This document shows, in pieces, positions 56,238 through 64,000 of a stretch of 64,000 nucleotides of DNA. Under the pieces are notes generated by a model. It had not been told where the DNA came from and ran no database searches. It saw only the letters and a program-made list of their open reading frames with translations. The translations under genes and the position numbers were made by a program. Position 1 is the stretch's first letter, and each line of letters starts with the position of its first letter. The stretch spans positions 415,849-479,848 of the forward strand of contig BCKQ01000003.1 in NCBI GenBank assembly GCA_001600695.1. Reading direction: 5' to 3'. The DNA comes from Ascoidea asiatica JCM 7603 (taxonomy: Eukaryota > Fungi > Ascomycota).

Positions 56238-57582
56238 GCCCTCAGAATTGGTCCGGCATGAAGACTTTTCGTTATGTGACTGCCGTTTTGTAATGAAACG
56301 TTTTGTGTCTGACATCTCGACCAACGCCCATGAATTTACTCCAAACTGTTGCAGCAAATAGAACAAACAAATAATTCAGATACTTTTCAAATGATTAAAA
56401 TCTTTTACGCTTTATCTTACAAGCTAAACTTTACATATTTCTCTAATTGAACTCACTTAATCTTATTGTTAGATGTTTTCGTGTAAGCGGGGACTTTACA
56501 TATAATTTAGTAAGATATATAAGCGATTACCAACATTTAAAGAAGCCTCAACATAATATCCAATTTACTAGAATTTTCTGAAAGCTGCAGATAATAGAAA
56601 CGCCTAGCCATACAACTATCTTTGACAATAACAAGTTTCGTTTTAAATGCAATTGGCATAAATCGGAAAAAAGAACTTCAAACACAAAATTTATAAATTG
56701 CACAAATTAAATTTCTAAAAATCCCTCCCTAGACATTAACCTGGCATCTGCAAATTTAGCCACTATTAATACAATTCTTGGAACTGGTACGGCTGAATTT
56801 CTACTTTGTTTTATTTTATGTCCGGTTTTGTTAACAGATTTCTAAGTTGCGACTAAGAGTTTATTTTTTCTTTGAAGCTTCACTAAAAGTTAGATGTAAA
56901 TGTTTACTATCATTGCAATTTAAATGCAGGCTAATACTCACAGTTTGAATATGAGTTAGATTTTGGCGTAAACTTTTATTTTGTGTAAGATGATCACTAA
57001 AAAGTTGCTTTTGCCTCCCGATGCATGAAGTTTAATATGAAGATTTTGACCCATTTTATGATTCCATTGTGGCGTGATACTGCTAATTTTTTTAGAGCCG
57101 GATTGTAACTAAGGTTTTGAGTTCCACTAATAAAATTGATAAATGTTGACTCATTTATTGAGTTTGGCATTTATTCCTTTTCTTTCCTTATGATATTGGT
57201 TTCGTTCTTGAGAAATTTATGTTATGTTTTTAATTGTTTGACCTGTTCTATTAGGGATTCTAACTCAACAAGTAAATTGAGTTTATTTGAGTTGAGTTTC
57301 TGTTTATTACCATTTTTATTTTATTTCAATTATTGTGATGCATACACCTTTTGAAATCTTTGTCTGCCCATTGTTTTGAAAATGGAAACCTTACTAGCAT
57401 CTAGTAATTTTGAATCCCTTTTTGCAACCTGTGAAATGGTAAACTCTACCATAGATACCAAGAATTATTTTTAGCTTCCATTGTGGACGCATAAAAGCTA
57501 ACCTAATTCATTAACTTTTCGACTTCTTCGATTGGGACAACAGCACGAAGATTAAGCTCTTTAAAATGTTTTTTTTAGCTGG

Positions 57583-60170
57583 TCAGAACTGTTCTCTTAG
57601 TGGGGATTTCAAATATAAGAAACTGTAGTTATTGGAATCGCCAGCACATTCATTTAGTCGTTTTTGGATAAGAGTTTTTATTTGATTTAATGTCGTATCT
57701 ATAAACTCGTAGTAAGAGTAAAGTAAGTTACTATTATTTGTATATTTTCTTCTAGATAAAATATCAACTATAGTGTCCTGGTCTATAAATTCAAAGATAT
57801 ACTTATCGCTGCTTATCTCAATGCTGTTTTCCAAATTTGGGTTCAATTTACCATTTCCTATTAATCTCAGCACGTAGTGTAATAGGCAGGGATTTGCCTT
57901 ACTGACAGTATTTACTTTGAGATGTTTTTTTATTAGACCAAGAGTAACTGTCAAATTGTTTATCGGATTTTCTTTTCTTATTGTCTCACTATCGAGTGGC
58001 AAATACCCACACTTTTTAAAAGACTTGACAATGGATTCTGATTTGATTTTTGATCTTGTAACATTGAGCAAATTTAGAAATTGTATTTTTTTGTCAGAAT
58101 CTGCTAATGAGTTATAATTTTGTGCTACCTTACCCCTGCATGCCTTTAGAACATGGAAGTAATTAACGTCCAGTGGTTGCAAGAAACCGGAGCTATGAGG
58201 TGGTAATAATAGTAAGATTATATTTTCGGAGAGGGCAAGATCAATAATGGAAATTGTAATATGGCTTCTATGTGCATCAGATAAAAGGAGATTGTGATTA
58301 GACTCTTCCACAAGAGTTCTCTTTTTAGCTGCATTAATAAATCAACAAACCATTGAACATATATATTGGTTGTGATAAAGCCTGATTTTGTTTTATGTAT
58401 TTTCCACCCCGAAGACGATAAAAACAGCTTTACATTATTTTGAATTCTCATATTAGTCGAGTTATTTTTAAATATAAAGTGGGGTGCAACCTGAAAGCCA
58501 TCAGCGGCAATCGCGTCTATAACAGTTGTAATGGATTCTTGAGGTATAACGGTAGATAACGATATATTGGGTCAGAATCATTTATGGCTACTATCCATTT
58601 TAATTACCCTCTCGTCAACATTATATGTTGGAAATAATAGACATCTATATATGCTAGGGCATATATTGGTACTAACACCATAGGTGGTGAAGGTCTAAAA
58701 GACACGTATCTATAGTAAACGTAAAAGAATTATGTATTATATAATGTGTTTACCCTATGTATAATTATGCATACAGATTCATAATTAGGCATAAATATAC
58801 ATATTGTTGCATAAAGTTGCATTAAGTTGCATCAAGAATACATCAATTTACATGACCTTGCATGAGTCTGTGTACAGGTACACAGATAGTCGGATATTAT
58901 GTGATATTCCAGTCACATGTCATAGGTCCTGTGTGCTTACGTTAGGTATAGGGTACAAAGTAGAAAAGACCTTGAGATTGGTACCAGCCATAGTCGTACA
59001 ACCTTTAACAGCATATTAACGCTAAGCCACTCGGTACGAGGAGAATTAAAGAGGAGTTAGGATTTAGCATCTATCCGGATAGAAGTTAAATCCGTAAGAC
59101 CAATCGGATCCAGGCAGGGACGCCTTCTGGATGGCTGGATGGCTGGATTGGCTAAGCCTAGTTTCATGTGAGATAAGGTATAATTCTCACTGCGTATACC
59201 AAATTGTCTCGGAGTAAACAGGAGACTAGAGGAGATAGTCCGGTAAGGGATCTATTCCGAGTACGGATTCGGGATCAAAGACTATTCCTGGCAATTAGTG
59301 CGATTATCTACCCCACTGGAAACTGGGCTGATTGGTTTTACTATGGTAAAATTGAAATGTGAATTTCAGTTGATTTCTAATCAAGTTTTCAACCTTTTTT
59401 ACAAGGTAAACTTGATTCCCACCCTGATTCTACGAAGGAATCCTGGGACTTTTGGGAATTCCCAAGAATTCTCAATAGTTCTGCGGGACCCCGTAGGAAT
59501 CCTGAATTAATATAAAAGGAATCGATTTCCTCTTATTTTTTTATATAATTTATTTGGTTTTCTTTTTAGATCATCTATTAGCACGAGTTAATTGATTAAT
59601 ACATAGTTTGTAAGTACGTAAAATTTATATATTCGATTTTGTAAAATGAATGAAAATTCACAACATTATAGAGGTTTTCAGCCATTCTATTAAATTCACC
59701 AAAAAAGCCATTAATGTCAGAATAAAATGATGCAATTTGTTGTTCATTGATTTATCTAAATCGTTTTCTATAGCGAATGACTGTGCTACCCTTTTGAACT
59801 GCTTATTATTTTTATAGACAATACCAATAACCTTTTTTTCTTTTATTTCCGATGTCCAGCCTTTCGCCTCCCAAAGACATTTAACTAACGCCATTGTATC
59901 GGATAGTGTTAAAAACTTGTTGAAATTTTCAAAACAGTTTATAACATCCTTCAAATACTTTGCTTGATGGTCTTTTATTTTCTTTTAACTATTGGGTTTA
60001 TCTCTAATTGTCGGGGCGTCTAGAAATTTTAATTTTTTGAAAAATGTGCAGCTACTTAACCCATATTTATTGATAACCTCTACTGGTTTTTGTTTGTTAC
60101 CATTCGGTACTGGTTGACGGTACTCTGCTATAGCTTTTTTGTAATTACTTTCTCGTTCCTCTAAGTTCAT
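57583..60170 (-). pseudogene. Transposase pseudogene (HTH, CENP-B-type HTH, DDE_1), with frameshifts and an LTR insertion
   Basis: ATG at 60170 (MNLEERE...KYGLSSCTF); ENLYNVDE across the LTR junction; TVIDAIAADG, KSGFIT..IYVQWF, DAHRSH, LPPHSSGFLQPLD with 35 residues between the 2nd and 3rd Asp. Confidence 0.92.
58626..59665 (+). mobile_element. 1040-bp solo LTR inserted in the transposase gene
   Basis: TGTTG...CAACA termini; perfect 5-bp TSD TTATA at 58621-25 and 59666-70; TATAAAAGG at about 59511; related copy at 61636. Confidence 0.88.
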
Positions 60171-60657
60171 GATTAATTTTTGAAATCTGGTTTTATTGTA
60201 ATTGAAGTAGTTGTTTATTATGAAACAAGTTTGTTTTCTAAACAATAAATGATTTATCTTTTTCTAAATACTGACGAATTAGGTGAATCTCGGATAGAAT
60301 TTAAATTGTAGTTGGGAGGGTTTTTGAAAATTTATTAGTTACTTTTTGAATAGTTATGTATATTTCAAAGCTCTCACCATTCAAGTACCTGACGCGTCTA
60401 CGAGTACTTGTCGAATAAAATAATATTACGTGTTTAGCCCTTCAGTTTTTGATTTTATTCAAAGTTTCTGCTGCGACGCGTGACTGATTATTCCTCCATT
60501 CACAACGAATTCTGAGGGCCCAAAACACTCCTTTCACCAGGGACCTATGGTAGATAATGATTTTGGTATTAAGATAATTGTTTATGAGCATAAGTTCATT
60601 GGTGAAAATTACGAAAAACCTGGTTCTGTGTGTGTAAAACCTAGATTAGGTTGTGAT

Positions 60658-61152
60658 TGTAGTTCGAACGAAATATCAAATTATTACTAAGAAGATATCT
60701 AATTCGAATTATAAACTATTGTTAATTAACATATCAAAATATATAGAAATTATATAAAAAATATTGGAGCTAGCTGCCCTATTTATATTAGTGGAAAATA
60801 GGAGCGGGTAACCCATCTTAAGAATAATAGTGTAAAATTAGTATTTGAAAGCTCACTTCCCATACTTACGGAAAGATATAGAGTAAAGTTCTGTTCTAGA
60901 TGACACTACGCCATTCTGAGAACAAATAAGTAGATTCCAGTACATTCGAGAAAAACACGGAACTTCGAAGAAACAATAAATATTGCAGTCCCAGAACGTT
61001 CCAGTGCATTTAAGATGCACAAGGAAGTTCTAAAAACGCAATAGAAGGTAGTGATGGAACAATCTATGTAATCTTGGAAACTCTAAGAATAGCCTAGAAT
61101 ATTAGTCGACAATTCTTATAAAAGAATAAAATGATTAACAATCCCTACTACA
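60658..61152 (-). mobile_element. 495-bp probable solo LTR of a second family
   Basis: Inverted termini TGTAGT...ACTACA; TATAAATAGGG on the minus strand at about 60777-60787; no matching TSD. Confidence 0.55.
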
Positions 61153-61635
61153 ACTCTAATTGATTTGTCCGCATTACCAATTCGCGGACCAAAATTTAAA
61201 GTTTCCCGGCTTCACGAGTAATGGAACAAAACATTTAGTATCGTGAGAAAGTTCTGGGTGCCAAATGACAATTTCTGGGTACTTTGTAATAATTACAAAG
61301 TTATTAAGAAATACCTAAACGGTATTCTGCCGTTCTGTACAAAAGTAAATGTTGTTATCAAATAAGTAGCTATGATAAAAACTTTGTACGAATTACTCTG
61401 AGCGCACTACAGCACGATCGTTTGTCTGATGATGCTTCTCTATGGAGAATTTAGCAGAGGATATAAAGTTAACAAATGATTTTGTTCCTAATGGGATTAT
61501 ATTTCTTCCACTAATTGTCTTCTTTGTTACAAAATGATAAGGTATATCATTAATGATTTGTTTATACCTATTAGTAGCCCTCATTATAGTTCACTCTAAA
61601 CAGAATAAAAACCAATGCGCTGGTAATGAAGCATG

Positions 61636-61817
61636 TGTTGGAAATACTAGAGATCTATATATGGTAGGGCATATTTTAGTACTAACAGCATAGCTGGTGA
61701 AGGTCTAAACGACACGTACCTGTAATAGAGGTGACAGAGTCATATATTATATATAAACTTTATATCCTATGTTCGATTCTCCATAGAGAAGCATGATCAG
61801 ACATACATATATATTGT
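61636..61817 (+). mobile_element. Truncated, diverged copy of the 58626-59665 LTR
   Basis: TGTTGGAAATA...ATCTATATATG.TAGGGCATAT...TACTAACA.CATAG.TGGTGAAGGTCTAAA.GACACGTA aligns with 58626-58807. Confidence 0.85.
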
Positions 61818-61829
61818 CCAATACTTAAA

Positions 61830-62190
61830 AGGGTGGCAAACAAAAACTTCCAAGAAGATTGACAGATATGACTGCTACTCCAATAAGCTTCTTTAGAATC
61901 TCATGAGAAATTGCTAGGAACCTTTGCATTATAAACATAATCTAAATCATTTGAGAATTTCCCGAGACAATCAGTAATCTTTTTAGTAATAACATTGACA
62001 TCAGAATTGGAATTTGAATGTTGAAAAGCAGAAGTATCAGTTGGAATTAATCTAGTTTGAATTAAACTAATAAGATTCAACGGAGCTTGATTATAATCTA
62101 TTACAGTTGGAGTAACAGGAGATGAAGAAGCATTTTGCACTTGAAAGTTAGTCATAAGAAGATTCAATTCCTTAATGTGGGTTAGGCATG
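61830..62190 (-). pseudogene. Coding-like relic in the TE island, possibly retrotransposon gag
   Basis: The 88-aa ORF reads on through a stop (...KFSNDLDYVYNAKVPSNFS*DSKEAYWSRVISVNLLG) and lies among LTRs; no diagnostic motif recognised. Confidence 0.25.
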
Positions 62191-64000
62191 ATAAATAACT
62201 AATTGAAGATTAAATATTAATATGTGAAGATGGTTAATAAAAATTTTATCATTAAGTATATGAAAGATAATTCGTTGAGAATTGGAAGGATTAATTCAAT
62301 TACAACTTTGAAGATTTTATGTGACACAATAAAATTAGATAGATGCAGTAACAGGGAATTGTGAATGAATTATTAATGAACGAGTCAGTTAGAATGATTG
62401 TAGTTGGATTTGAAAAATATTTTAATATTTTTAATAGTGGGAAATGCTGTTTCATAACAGTAAATATTTTCATAAAATAACGTCCTGAAATTATTGGTTA
62501 TGAACACAGTTCTTACGACTTTTGTTTTATTTTCTGTAAATGTCACCAAAAATGATTAACAAAACTACTATATGCTTTAGTTGTTTTAGTTTAAATTTAA
62601 ACTATGAGAAAATAGTTAATTTTAATCAGGAAAAACAAAGAATTGATCAATTAGTAGATAAATAATAAATTCAAGGCACTGGTATATGTCAGGGAATGTG
62701 ATTAGGGATTACAAATAGAAAATTTCAGTTGACCAGTAAAATAGATGGGAGTCTAACCGTACGACTTTTATGTACTCTTCAAACTCGGTAACCCATACTC
62801 AGAGACATACCTTTCTTTAAATATTCATATCACAATCTTATATACACCGTCATAGAACACTAATTCAATTATTAAAACCATATAGTAAAAATTTGCCACC
62901 GAGAGGCTTTGCAGAACTGGCTGGTGAATAGACCGTGAGTATTGTAGACATCAGCACCAAGGTTCTCATGCATTAGAGAATTATTACTGTCATGTGAGTC
63001 TAATAAAATTTGAAATTTTACAACTTTTAAAAGTAAATAATAAAGGAACTGATAAACTAATAAAAGTAAAATTACTTTGTAACTTGATTTATTTTATTAA
63101 ACCAATAGCAAAGCAATTAAAGAAGAAATCAATAAGCAATTGTTGACTTCTTTGTTTTGAAAAGGATATTTTTTTTTTTTATGTATTTGTTGGTTGATTT
63201 AACTCAGTTATCTTCACAATTTGTGGAGGATTAATCTTTAATTTAAGAATTTGAAATTGGTTTTGAGTTCAATACCAATATGATTAAAATTTATTGAAGT
63301 CTAATTTTTAATTCAATAATTGCAATTGATTTTGACTTGACTACCAATATGATTACTATTTCCAATTTATTGAGTTTTAATTTCATGAATATGCATTGAA
63401 TTAAAATAAGTTTATTAGTTTATAAAATATTAATTGGATTGAATTTCAATTTTATGAGTATTATTGATGGATTATCCTTTTGACTGTGTAATAAATAAAA
63501 GGTAATTTCAAATGAAGTTGAAGAATTTTAAAGCACAAATTTTTCAAATAGATAAACTTTTTGAACCATTTTAAAATTCAAATAAAATCTACTAGAATAT
63601 TAGTAACGATAAACAAAAGAAACATGTAAATTTTAGCTAAAATCACCATCGATTTCCCAATTATTACTTAAAGTTTAATTAGAAATTTTGAGAAATATTT
63701 ACAGCGATGAAGCAAGTAATGATGCTAATTTCTAATATCATTTAAATTAAGGATAATCAGCTTGACCTGTTTCTGAACCCGCAACAAGATCATAACCTTA
63801 CATGGTTGTTGAAAAAGATCATAGATTCAACTCTATATAAAATTTAAAAGAGAAGAACAATTGAAGTTGTTGTATGTTGCACTGACAGAATGAAAAGTTT
63901 GTCAGTGGAAAAAAGGGGTTGGCTCGGAACCTGTGTGAGTGTCTTCGGAAACCAGTGAACTTAATCATGGAGTCACATCGTGTGGACAGCATGAGTCTGA

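Larger units (their letters stand above)
55646..60550 (-). mobile_element. Degenerate pogo/Fot1-like (Tc1/mariner superfamily, DD35D) DNA transposon with ~43-bp TIRs and TA target duplication
   Basis: Left end TA|CCATAGATCCCATCGTGAATGGAGTGTTTTGGGCCC versus right-end reverse complement TA|CCATAGGTCCCTGGTGAAAGGAGTGTTTTGGGCCCTCAGAATT; TA at 55644-45 and 60551-52; transposase remnants inside. Confidence 0.92.

Noticed and set aside
63880-63907. 8-bp hairpin CACTGACA...TGTCAGTG near the window end
   Set aside because: Short, and the context is cut off by the window edge; cannot be assigned to an element or RNA

Overview
Very AT-rich eukaryotic DNA from a budding yeast (Saccharomycotina): long ORFs without visible introns and many poly-Asn/AAT microsatellites. 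The composition and CTG usage would fit an Ascoidea-like lineage, but that is inference only. Positions 1-54.7 kb are gene-dense: DUF4336 (partial), a Ypk1-like probable pseudokinase, a Zn-ADH, SEC26, MRPL7, eIF3m-like, SEC8, ECM30, IES1-like, PCK1, MRX11, a secreted AA9 lytic polysaccharide monooxygenase, PGA1-like, HUB1, ABZ1, a pyruvate dehydrogenase kinase, a frameshifted cystinosin, two Zn2Cys6 factors, an LMBR1 protein and an F-box-like/LRR protein. Positions 54.7-64 kb contain no recognisable host gene and hold nested dead mobile elements: a pogo/Fot1-type DD35D transposon with TIRs and TA duplication interrupted by two LTR-like insertions with target-site duplications, further LTR remnants and a possible hAT MITE. 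Main highlights: (1) an AA9 LPMO with an intact histidine brace and a non-CBM1 six-Cys tail in a yeast; (2) a recurrent bipartite intergenic motif CCRCAAA-N3-GGTCTC, mostly just downstream of and co-oriented with genes; (3) a 16/17-bp motif shared by the SEC26 and SEC8 promoters; (4) the nested TE island as a centromere or heterochromatin candidate. All calls come from reading the sequence by eye; no searches were run.
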